Origin: a virus
Reading direction: 5' to 3' (one strand)
DNA: 64,000 nucleotides
Virus record (IMG/VR): IMGVR_UViG_3300027782_000032
Location: 96,001-160,000 of that record
The translations under genes were made by a program, and so were the position numbers. Of this stretch, positions 37,799-46,080 are shown piece after piece (position 1 is the first letter of the stretch; each line of letters begins with the position of its first letter). The notes under the pieces are model-generated. The model worked only from the letters and a program-made list of their open reading frames with translations. It had not been told where the DNA came from and searched no databases.

Positions 37799-38034
37799 TA
37801 CTCGCTCCTATCTGTAAGCCAAGGTTTATTACTTCTCCATTCATCAATACCTGCTTGCCAGTCATCTGTGACTCTATTGACTCTCATAATAGCGTCCATA
37901 GGATCTGTAGCAGGCATGTCTATCGTAGTGCCGTCAGACATAGTAACAATATGAGGCACTACGTGCCAAAGGTCTGACTCTTTTGTATTTTTATTCTTTG
38001 TTTTTGCGCTAACCGGCCTAGGTAATCTACTCAT
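37798..38034 (-). CDS. Hypothetical protein
   Basis: 78-aa ORF, coupled start/stop. Confidence 0.55.
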   Translation of the reverse strand: MSRLPRPVSAKTKNKNTKESDLWHVVPHIVTMSDGTTIDMPATDPMDAIMRVNRVTDDWQAGIDEWRSNKPWLTDRSE

Positions 38035-38036
38035 GG

Positions 38037-38267
38037 TTACTCTCCTTTGATCATAGTTTGTGAGTACTCTAATTGGTTCTGACTGGCCATAAACTGCTCT
38101 CCTGAGAACTTGTTCTGCGTTCTCCGCAGAGCCACCTGATGGGATCCTTTAATCTTCCATCCCTTACTGAGCATCTCTTTCACTTCGTTTGTAAGCTCGT
38201 AACCATTGTCAGCAACTACAACTTGATATTCCATTTTTACTCCTTTTAGTTTGATGGGTCTAGCCAC
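38037..38267 (-). CDS. DUF1737-like small protein
   Basis: YQVV..L..V..L..GW.I.G..Q pattern; true start probably MEYQ. Confidence 0.55.
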   Translation of the reverse strand: MARPIKLKGVKMEYQVVVADNGYELTNEVKEMLSKGWKIKGSHQVALRRTQNKFSGEQFMASQNQLEYSQTMIKGE

Positions 38268-38920
38268 TGTCTAAAATCACCTAAAGTATCTTCTGTTACC
38301 ACCTTATGAAGTGGAAACATTTGTCTGTATTTATGTAACGTGTACTCTTCTGTAGCTATCACTGGTTCACCCAACGGAAAAGGCGCTTTTAAAACGTCCT
38401 GCGCATAACAATAAGAATAGTATGCGCTTATAGCTATTGCAGCTTCTCCTAGTGGAAAAGAACCCTTTAAAATATACTTTGCATACATATAAGAGTGTTT
38501 TGCAACTTTAGATATAGCGCGCTCTCCCAATATAAAAGGAGCTCTTAAAACATCCGTTGCATAATAGTAAGAGTATAATGAGCTTTTAGATATTGCATCC
38601 TCGCCCAATGGGAAAGGTGCCTTTAAAACTTCGTGTGCATATTCATAAGACGTTACCGCACTTGCGGCTATCGCAGCTTCTCCTAGAGGGAATCTACCCT
38701 TTAAAACATCTTTAGCATAACGGAAAGAGCAGCTTGCACTTGTAGATATAATACGTTCATTTTTTGTGGGCTCCGTGCTGCGTATTATCTTGCTGCGTAT
38801 TCTCCTACCAAAGGCATCATGCAACTGAGGATCTTGTAAGTGCCGGATGTAAGCTTGCAGTTCTAGGCTGTAAGCTGTTTCTGGGCTCATCATGTATTCT
38901 AAGCTGTTGGAACTAGCCAT
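38246..38920 (-). CDS. 26-aa helical repeat protein, paralogue 1
   Basis: 5 repeats of SYxYAxDVLKxPFPLGExAI; ends LGDFRQWLDPSN. Confidence 0.8.
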   Translation of the reverse strand: MASSNSLEYMMSPETAYSLELQAYIRHLQDPQLHDAFGRRIRSKIIRSTEPTKNERIISTSASCSFRYAKDVLKGRFPLGEAAIAASAVTSYEYAHEVLKAPFPLGEDAISKSSLYSYYYATDVLRAPFILGERAISKVAKHSYMYAKYILKGSFPLGEAAIAISAYYSYCYAQDVLKAPFPLGEPVIATEEYTLHKYRQMFPLHKVVTEDTLGDFRQWLDPSN

Positions 38921-39582
38921 GCTTTGAAGTCTCCTAAATTAGCATTAACAACCTTCTCTGCTCTCTTAGGAAAAAGAGCTACATATCTTTTTAGTGTGAA
39001 TGGGCACTTAGATATAACCGCCTCACCCAATGCAAATGGAGCTTTTAGAACATCTCTTGCGTATTCAAAAGACCACTCCGCACTTGTAGCTATTGTAGCC
39101 TCGGCCCTAGGGAAAGGCGCTTTTAGTATATCCCTTGCGTAAAAATGAGAGTGCCTTGCATTATTAGATATTTGAGCTTCCCCTAATGGGAAGGCCGACT
39201 CTAAAACGTCTTTTGCATACAAATAAGCATGAACTGCTTCGGTAGCTATAGCATCCTCTCCTTTTGGAAAAGGACCTTTTAAAACCTCTTGTGCATAACA
39301 ACGAGAGTAATAAGGATCAGCGGCAATAGCAGCTTCGCCTTTTGGAAAAGAACCTCCTAAAACGTTCTTTGCGTAATAATAAGAATTATATCCACTAGAG
39401 GCTATGCAGTCCTCCACCGACGTAGCCCTGCCCTTTACAATTTCTTTTGCATACTTGTATGCTATGCTCGGGTCTTCAAAGATAAGTGAACGGGCAGCAG
39501 AAAGCTTGTCCCAATCTAGCCCTGCGGCTTTATCAGGTACAATAACTTCTTTAAGATATTTAAAACTCTCATCTGTGGTCAT
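38899..39582 (-). CDS. 26-aa helical repeat protein, paralogue 2
   Basis: 6 repeats of the same consensus; ends LGDFKAWLVPTA. Confidence 0.8.
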   Translation of the reverse strand: MTTDESFKYLKEVIVPDKAAGLDWDKLSAARSLIFEDPSIAYKYAKEIVKGRATSVEDCIASSGYNSYYYAKNVLGGSFPKGEAAIAADPYYSRCYAQEVLKGPFPKGEDAIATEAVHAYLYAKDVLESAFPLGEAQISNNARHSHFYARDILKAPFPRAEATIATSAEWSFEYARDVLKAPFALGEAVISKCPFTLKRYVALFPKRAEKVVNANLGDFKAWLVPTA

Positions 39583-39599
39583 GTTGTTCTCCTTTAGAG

Positions 39600-40046
39600 T
39601 TACTCAATGTAATTAGCGTTCTTAAGTGCTGTCTCAAGAGATGAGCACAGTTCAGCCAAAGGCTCAGTCGGTTTCTTGCTATTTGGATTTGAAAAAGTAA
39701 ATTCTATATTACTATCAGTAACTAACACGGATAGGTCTTTATATGATGCAAAATTAGATATAGTTGATTCATCAAGCTTTATAACCTCTCCAAAGTCATC
39801 TCCGCCTACCAAGCTTCTAGCAGTTTGATAGTAGTCACTGTCTTTACTAGGATTGCAGCCTTCAGCATAGGCTACGTATGATTTTGGTCCTTCTAAATCA
39901 GCAGGGCTAGCATTGCTCATAATGTACACGCCGCTATCGTGCACTAATAGTACTGACGGAACAGAAAAACCGTCGTCTGGAGTGTTCTTTACAGCGTGAA
40001 CTACACACCTTAACACTTCGCTAACTTTAAATTTACATACGCCCAT
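39600..40046 (-). CDS. DUF3085-like protein
   Basis: LLVHDSGVYIMSN..YAEGCNP..GGDDFGE. Confidence 0.75.
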   Translation of the reverse strand: MGVCKFKVSEVLRCVVHAVKNTPDDGFSVPSVLLVHDSGVYIMSNASPADLEGPKSYVAYAEGCNPSKDSDYYQTARSLVGGDDFGEVIKLDESTISNFASYKDLSVLVTDSNIEFTFSNPNSKKPTEPLAELCSSLETALKNANYIE

Positions 40047-40069
40047 GGTTAGAGCCTTTCACGTTTGAG

Positions 40070-40552
40070 TTAAGTTTCCGAAACACATTCATCTCCCTTA
40101 AGGTTTAGGCCTACTCTCTTTAGCTCAGCACGAAGCTGCGCAAGAGAAATTACACCCATGTTTCTCCAATCAAGAATGTCCATAGCTGATAGCTGTACAA
40201 ACTCCGAAAGAGTTTTGCCCTTAAACTCATGCAAAATAGATCTAACAGTTCTAGTATTAAGCTTTAACGTAGGAAATATTGGCTTGTTTAGAATATGGTC
40301 CTGACTAACTATTGACTTATAAGCCTCGTCGCTTTTATTAATTTGTAAATATTTATGATAAATGTCCTTTACGCTTTCCAATACGTCAAAGCTGACACCT
40401 TGAGAGCAAGCAACTCTAGACGATGGACGTCTAACGTATCTAGTTCTCATCTCTACGCATCTAACCGAGCTTACACTTACAATATGGTCTACATTTATTA
40501 GTATAGACAGGTTGCTTAATGCCTCTGTAAGTTCTATTAAGTTACAGCTCAT
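40070..40552 (-). CDS. FlbD-like N-domain fused to an RNA polymerase alpha-CTD-like domain
   Basis: ILINVDHIVSV (N-terminal); LKLNTRT..L..TL.EF..S..DIL..RNMG..SL..L..L...GL.L (C-terminal). Confidence 0.6.
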   Translation of the reverse strand: MSCNLIELTEALSNLSILINVDHIVSVSSVRCVEMRTRYVRRPSSRVACSQGVSFDVLESVKDIYHKYLQINKSDEAYKSIVSQDHILNKPIFPTLKLNTRTVRSILHEFKGKTLSEFVQLSAMDILDWRNMGVISLAQLRAELKRVGLNLKGDECVSET

Positions 40553-40567
40553 GTAATCTCCTTTTAA

Positions 40568-40900
40568 TTAAATAAAAATGTCATCAAAAATACCATCAGG
40601 TCCTTCCATTGCTCTTATAGCGTTTGATTGGCTTGGGCTGATGTCGTCCTCGTATCTTTCGTTGTTATAGTCAGACCTACCCCCAAAGAACGATATGTTC
40701 TGATTTACAATCTTGCCTAGGTGTAGCTCGCGGTAGCATACAAGGCATAAAATGGGGTAACGAGCCGTTTCTAATACCCTGGCATAAGTTATACTGTATT
40801 TACAACACGAGCACTCTGCATTATTACTAGATCGAAGAGCAGGTCTAACATCCATCTTAAGCTGTTCAACTACCGCTCTATCCTTTTGTTCGGCGGTCAT
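40568..40900 (-). CDS. Small Zn-finger protein
   Basis: CSCC..CLVC. Confidence 0.5.
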   Translation of the reverse strand: MTAEQKDRAVVEQLKMDVRPALRSSNNAECSCCKYSITYARVLETARYPILCLVCYRELHLGKIVNQNISFFGGRSDYNNERYEDDISPSQSNAIRAMEGPDGIFDDIFI

Positions 40901-41187
40901 GGCTCATTCTCCCTTTTACTCTCGGCAACAATGTTTGCATTATTAATTGTCCTTTTCTTATCAATAGACTCGTATTTTTCTTCGTTATATTTTGACCAGA
41001 ACTTTGATGACCTAGACTTTTCATATTTTGTTCTTGGTACCTTTAAGTAGCATGCGTGAATATGCAGCTCTTTCTTGTCTAAGCTCCAAAACCTCTCGTG
41101 TCTACAAAGGTCTTTGCTTGGATAATATAAAGCATCTTCACCGCACCTTTTACACTTTACGACAGTTATCTCTATCTTTTTTGCCAT
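40897..41187 (-). CDS. Small basic Zn-ribbon protein
   Basis: CKRCG..H.C; RBS AAGGAG. Confidence 0.55.
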   Translation of the reverse strand: MAKKIEITVVKCKRCGEDALYYPSKDLCRHERFWSLDKKELHIHACYLKVPRTKYEKSRSSKFWSKYNEEKYESIDKKRTINNANIVAESKRENEP

Positions 41188-41211
41188 AGTCGTCTCCTTT
41201 TTAATTAAAAA

Positions 41212-41239
41212 ATGATCCCTAAAGCAATTTAGGGATCAT
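41212..41239 (-). terminator. Intrinsic terminator
   Basis: ATGATCCCTAAA-GCAA-TTTAGGGATCAT next to an A-tract on the plus strand. Confidence 0.8.
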
Positions 41240-41262
41240 AGGTTATACAGCTTAGGCTAACA

Positions 41263-41802
41263 CTAACTTGGATGGTCTTCCGCCTCAGCTATAGAATCGT
41301 CTTCATCGTCTTGGTCTTTATCATCACGTAGTTTAACTTGTTGCTCGCAGCAAGACTTGCATACCGTCTCCCCCTCTAATTCATCGTTTCCTATAGCATG
41401 AGGGGCATCATGGTCTATGCACTCTAAACATGTAGGCATGTCGCAGAAATAACATTCTTGGCCGTGGTCTGTACCAGTATTTGGTTGTGGCCAATGCATT
41501 TGCGGCAATGACTTGTTACATACGCAACATTGGTGAATATGTGATACATCATCAGCCCATTTTCTCTTTTCTTTTAAAGTTCTTTTGTTTTTTTCCATGG
41601 CATCCTCTTCCATGGCATCCTCTGCTAAAATCATGTCCTCCGCAGCTTGAGAACCTGACATTAGCATCTCCATACGCCTATCCATCTTAAGTCTAGCGTT
41701 TCCTTCTTTTATAAGCATTTTCCTTACAGCCGCTGCACTATGTGGACCTAGTAGTTCAGCAGCTCTAATTGCAGCTTTATCTCTCTTATTCAACTCGTAC
41801 AT
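41263..41802 (-). CDS. Hypothetical Zn-finger protein
   Basis: CCVC, CYFC..CLEC, CKSC; RBS GGAGG. Confidence 0.6.
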   Translation of the reverse strand: MYELNKRDKAAIRAAELLGPHSAAAVRKMLIKEGNARLKMDRRMEMLMSGSQAAEDMILAEDAMEEDAMEKNKRTLKEKRKWADDVSHIHQCCVCNKSLPQMHWPQPNTGTDHGQECYFCDMPTCLECIDHDAPHAIGNDELEGETVCKSCCEQQVKLRDDKDQDDEDDSIAEAEDHPS

Positions 41803-41811
41803 ACCATCCTC

Positions 41812-44800
41812 CTAATGCTGGGCAAACCTCTCAGGTATGCCCATAACCTTACAATCCTCCTTGGTAAGCGGTATCGACCATTTGGTAAATACTTCAGTCG
41901 CTATGCCTAGATGAAAAGGACCGTTACTACCACTCCTCATCGTTCCGTCTAAGTTACAAGATCTAATCTCAACCTTGTCACTCATACAGACCGGCAAGAC
42001 AGTATCAACTACCCACTCTACACAAGCATAAGGAACCTCAAGGATCACGGCATCGTGAACCTGAAGTATTATGTCGTAGGTCATGCCTAATGGTGCAGAG
42101 TTTCTGTAGCTGTATATGTGATCTAGTGCGCACGACATAGCATCAGCTACCGCGGATTGGATTGGAAAATTCATGCTTTGACGTTCATACTCAGCGACGA
42201 CAAGCCTGTCTTCACTAGGAGAGAATCGCCTGTATCTTCCAAAAGCATTACTCATCCAACCTGGGTGCTTAACTCTTGACTTGCACTCATTGAAGTACAA
42301 AGGAAGCTTAGGGTACATTGCAACTAACCCGTCTATAAGCTCTTGAGCTTCTCTTACCGATATTATGACACCCTCTTGCTTTGCCTTTCTAGCTGTAGAG
42401 TCAGCCCCTTGACCATAGGCGTAACCAAATACCACAGCTTTAGCAGCTGTTCTAATGCCTGACTTACCTATATCCTTAAGGCCTTTCTTGGTAGCTGGGC
42501 AATTCAACTTGAATGTATTTACAGCCACATTACTATGGATGTCGTAGTGATCTGGGTGATCCTCTGGAAGGTTAGCTCTACGAACGTGATCTATCATGTT
42601 CTTATCACCAGACTGCCAAGCCATAATAGCAAGCTCTGCGCCAGTATAGTCAGCCTCTACCAGTACAGTTCCAGGCCTTGCACTTATCACAGACCTGAGA
42701 GGATACGTATAGTTCATTCCAAGGTCTTTACCATGCAGCTTGAATATACCCTTATACTTTTCTTCTATAGTCTTTCCAAGGTTCTGCATGTTTGGCCTAG
42801 ATGACGAAGCGCGGCCTGTTTCTTTAGTCTGGCTAAACATAGATCTAACTCTGTCGTCAGCATTCATGTATGAAAGAATGCCTTTGTCATAAACTATGTC
42901 ACCTTCAGAATCAGTCTTCTCATTACCTGCGTCATCAAAGTCTGGGCCTCTAAGAACAGTAGTTCGTAAGTAATGAAGCGACCTTATATCTCTAAGCATA
43001 GCCACTACTGGATGCTTTTCTGCCAATATGGTAAGAGTCTCCTTGTCTACGGCAGCGGTATACATGTGCTCTTCCCTTTTGGTTATAAGGTCAGCCCACA
43101 GTTTACCTTTAGATCCTGTACCAGTACTCTTATAAGGTGTTAGAGAAAGAGTCATAGCATCGTCAGGTCTTTGCTTTATGAATCCTCCGTTTATGTCCCT
43201 CTTACCAGATAGCTCCTCACCAAAAAGAAGCTCTCTGTTATGAAATGTACTCGATGGGTTATAGTCAGGCCAATGTATGACAGCTCTTATCTTAACCATA
43301 AGGTTTTCATAAAGAAGGTTGTATGAGTCAGTAAGCTCCAACACCCTTGCTTTATCTATTAATATTCCCTTTTCATGCATCTCTATAAATGCAGGATAAG
43401 CTCTAGATGACAGCCAGAAGGCTGGCCTGCAGTTGTTACCATACTTATCAGCGTCAAGTTTACCCTTAACACCACTATGCCCGTTGTAGTAGTCAAAGAG
43501 CCTTCTTGTAACATCTGCGTCATAACACCCATAAGGTATGATGACATCGTCAGGGCAGTCTCCGTATCCTTCAAGCTCTGAGTCTTTTATACCCTTAGCC
43601 CTACAGTGAGCCTTACGCCAGTCCAGAATAGGACCTTCCCATCTAGGCACTCCGCAGTACCTTACAGCCTGCTCCTCTAGATTAAAGTAGTCAGTCTCGT
43701 TTACAGAGTGAGCAGCTAAAAGCGTATCAAAACCACCAAAGTCTCTAGTCTTTTCGAAACCAAACTTATAGTCAGGCCCGTACATGCTTATAGGGTCGTC
43801 TTCTGGAGCCATGAACAAATTTGAAAGATCTACACCTATAGACTTAAGCCAAGGTAAGTCAGAGGTAAGGTAGTGACCTACAACTCTGACATGTCTTCCA
43901 TCTTCTGGATAAAATATAGAGTTCAGTATAGAGCTTAGAGCGTCAGGACCTCCATCAAATACAAAGCCTCCTCCAGCTTCATTTACAATTATGCTGCAAG
44001 CTACTCCAGACTTCCAAGACAGCTGTACTGTTCTAACGTAAGAGTTCTTATCTCCAGGCCATGCACCATTCCACTCAAGGTCAACTGCTACTACTGGTAC
44101 AGGATCTTTAAGTATCTCGTCTCTAACCTTTACAAGCTCTTCGCTAGTTCTAACAGCAAAGTGATTTATATTAGCTTCTTTAGACAAGAACTCTACGTCA
44201 TTGCATAACGCAGAGAAGTGATTCAAAGAAGCTTCAAACCTATCACTATGCTCAGGGTATCTAAGTACATAAGCTGGGTTAACGCAGGTTATAGCCTTTG
44301 CTATGTGGAAAGATCCATCAGGCAAAGGAATGTTAACTTCAAACACCTTACCAGTAGATGTATGTAAGCGTTTGTCTCTACCAAGGACAGCCTTAATAGC
44401 CTCGTCACCAAGTAGAAGCATGAAGTCAGGTTTAACCAATGCCATTTCTATCTTTAGCAATGGAGCACAGTTGTGTATCCAATTTGCTTTAAGAGCATTG
44501 CTAGCAGGATCAAGCAAAGTATGTTTTACAGAACAAGTCATATAGAAGTCAGATTCAGATAACCCAGGTATTCCTGAAAGGTGTTTATACAGCTGACTTT
44601 TTCTTGTTCCTGAAAGTATTCTTCCAGCAGCCTCGTCTTGACTTGAAGCACACTTACCAACCACCATGCATTTAAACTTCCTAAAAGGACCAGGCCTGCA
44701 GTTGTCCATCCAACCGCTACCAGGAACCATGTTTACACTTAATATGTTTCCGTTAAACATGACTGGAAGGCTAAAGTTTTGGCAGTATAAAGCCCTGAAG

Positions 44801-45018
44801 TAAAGAAAGTCACAATAGAAGTCTACTGCTTCAGGATACTCAGGGCCAGCTAGCTTGTCAGCGCACTGATAAAAGTCAGGACCTGGCTTTGCTACTATGT
44901 GCTTATTCTTAGAAGGAAATATAAAAGGGTAATTTATTAAAGGACCTGTCCCCTCTTGTAGTAAAAGAAAGTTTCTATAAGTGCATATACTTTTAAAGTC
45001 TTTTATTAAATCAATCAT
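41812..45018 (-). CDS. polA: Family A DNA polymerase with an N-terminal family-4 uracil-DNA-glycosylase-like domain (SPO1-type architecture)
   Basis: UDG-like VKPDFMLLLG..A..NPAY; exonuclease VAVDLE; motif A ADYTGAE; motif B RTAAKAVVFGYAYG; motif C QVHDA. Confidence 0.9.
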   Translation of the reverse strand: MIDLIKDFKSICTYRNFLLLQEGTGPLINYPFIFPSKNKHIVAKPGPDFYQCADKLAGPEYPEAVDFYCDFLYFRALYCQNFSLPVMFNGNILSVNMVPGSGWMDNCRPGPFRKFKCMVVGKCASSQDEAAGRILSGTRKSQLYKHLSGIPGLSESDFYMTCSVKHTLLDPASNALKANWIHNCAPLLKIEMALVKPDFMLLLGDEAIKAVLGRDKRLHTSTGKVFEVNIPLPDGSFHIAKAITCVNPAYVLRYPEHSDRFEASLNHFSALCNDVEFLSKEANINHFAVRTSEELVKVRDEILKDPVPVVAVDLEWNGAWPGDKNSYVRTVQLSWKSGVACSIIVNEAGGGFVFDGGPDALSSILNSIFYPEDGRHVRVVGHYLTSDLPWLKSIGVDLSNLFMAPEDDPISMYGPDYKFGFEKTRDFGGFDTLLAAHSVNETDYFNLEEQAVRYCGVPRWEGPILDWRKAHCRAKGIKDSELEGYGDCPDDVIIPYGCYDADVTRRLFDYYNGHSGVKGKLDADKYGNNCRPAFWLSSRAYPAFIEMHEKGILIDKARVLELTDSYNLLYENLMVKIRAVIHWPDYNPSSTFHNRELLFGEELSGKRDINGGFIKQRPDDAMTLSLTPYKSTGTGSKGKLWADLITKREEHMYTAAVDKETLTILAEKHPVVAMLRDIRSLHYLRTTVLRGPDFDDAGNEKTDSEGDIVYDKGILSYMNADDRVRSMFSQTKETGRASSSRPNMQNLGKTIEEKYKGIFKLHGKDLGMNYTYPLRSVISARPGTVLVEADYTGAELAIMAWQSGDKNMIDHVRRANLPEDHPDHYDIHSNVAVNTFKLNCPATKKGLKDIGKSGIRTAAKAVVFGYAYGQGADSTARKAKQEGVIISVREAQELIDGLVAMYPKLPLYFNECKSRVKHPGWMSNAFGRYRRFSPSEDRLVVAEYERQSMNFPIQSAVADAMSCALDHIYSYRNSAPLGMTYDIILQVHDAVILEVPYACVEWVVDTVLPVCMSDKVEIRSCNLDGTMRSGSNGPFHLGIATEVFTKWSIPLTKEDCKVMGIPERFAQH

Positions 45019-46069
45019 TAGGCCACTCCTTTGATGCTTCTGGCATCGACTCTCCTATGTCTTGAAACTGAGATTGGAGACGTCTCCACAACTCCATCTT
45101 TAAAGCGCCTGGGTCTTCATGCTTATCCATCTTAACTTTTATGATCTTAGACCTTGGAGCAGCCTGCTGAAGCTTGTCAACTAAAGACTCAGCCTTGTAA
45201 GCCACGTCTCCGTCTAAAGCTATAGCTATGGGCTTACCATTAAAGTTCTGTCCGATTAAAGCAAGCTGACCAGCACTACAGTCACTGCCGAATATAGCTA
45301 CACCTGCCGGACCTATTGACCAAACATCTATTGGACCCTCACACACTACTATCATTGGTTGTAGCTTCGCATTGTCTATGTTGTAAAGAAGCATGGACTT
45401 CTTCATTCCAACTGGGTTTATATATTTTTGTTTCTTCTTCAATGGGTCGTCATAAATTATTCTTGCCTGATAACCCATTAACTTTGAACCTTGAAATATG
45501 GGTATGTAAAGTCTTTCTCTAAGGGTTGGAATAGCCATGTCGTCTATCCAGCCTACACCTAGATACTTATCAAGAACGGCTGGGTTATATCCCCTAGACT
45601 CAACATACTTTATGGCTTCGTGATCCTTGCTAAGAGACGATAGGCTTGTAAGTCTTTCTGGAGGTCTGCATTCAGTAAGAGCTATCAATGCCTCAGAAGA
45701 CATAGGCTTATCAACTACTGAAAGAGTTATCTTAGAAGACGTATTGAACAACCACATGTGAAGTTGATCTAAGTTAAGCTTACCTAGCTCGCCTCTAGTG
45801 CATGCTGTCTCGTTAAAGCAGTTTGCCATGTGTCTGTACTCAAACCATCTGTGGTTTATGTACAACCTATGTCTTGTCTCTTTACAAAAAGGACAGCAGA
45901 CCCTGTAATATTCTCCATTTACTATAGAGGTAGGCCTCTCTCCATTAGATGAGGGGCGCATCACCATGCCGACCCCTCTATTATTAACATAGACCTGACC
46001 AAACAACTTCTTAAGCTTAAAGTATAGTTCAGGGCACAACACGTCATCATAACTAGTCGAAGTGCTCAT
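45011..46069 (-). CDS. DNA primase (Zn finger + TOPRIM)
   Basis: CCPFC..CF..C; VCEGPIDVW; ALDGD; EDPG. Confidence 0.85.
   Translation of the reverse strand: MSTSTSYDDVLCPELYFKLKKLFGQVYVNNRGVGMVMRPSSNGERPTSIVNGEYYRVCCPFCKETRHRLYINHRWFEYRHMANCFNETACTRGELGKLNLDQLHMWLFNTSSKITLSVVDKPMSSEALIALTECRPPERLTSLSSLSKDHEAIKYVESRGYNPAVLDKYLGVGWIDDMAIPTLRERLYIPIFQGSKLMGYQARIIYDDPLKKKQKYINPVGMKKSMLLYNIDNAKLQPMIVVCEGPIDVWSIGPAGVAIFGSDCSAGQLALIGQNFNGKPIAIALDGDVAYKAESLVDKLQQAAPRSKIIKVKMDKHEDPGALKMELWRRLQSQFQDIGESMPEASKEWPND
45074..45089. promoter_or_regulatory. Palindrome site 7 (in primase CDS, frame W-R-R-L)
   Basis: TTGGAGACGTCTCCAC. Confidence 0.8.
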
Positions 46070-46080
46070 AACTTTCCTTT

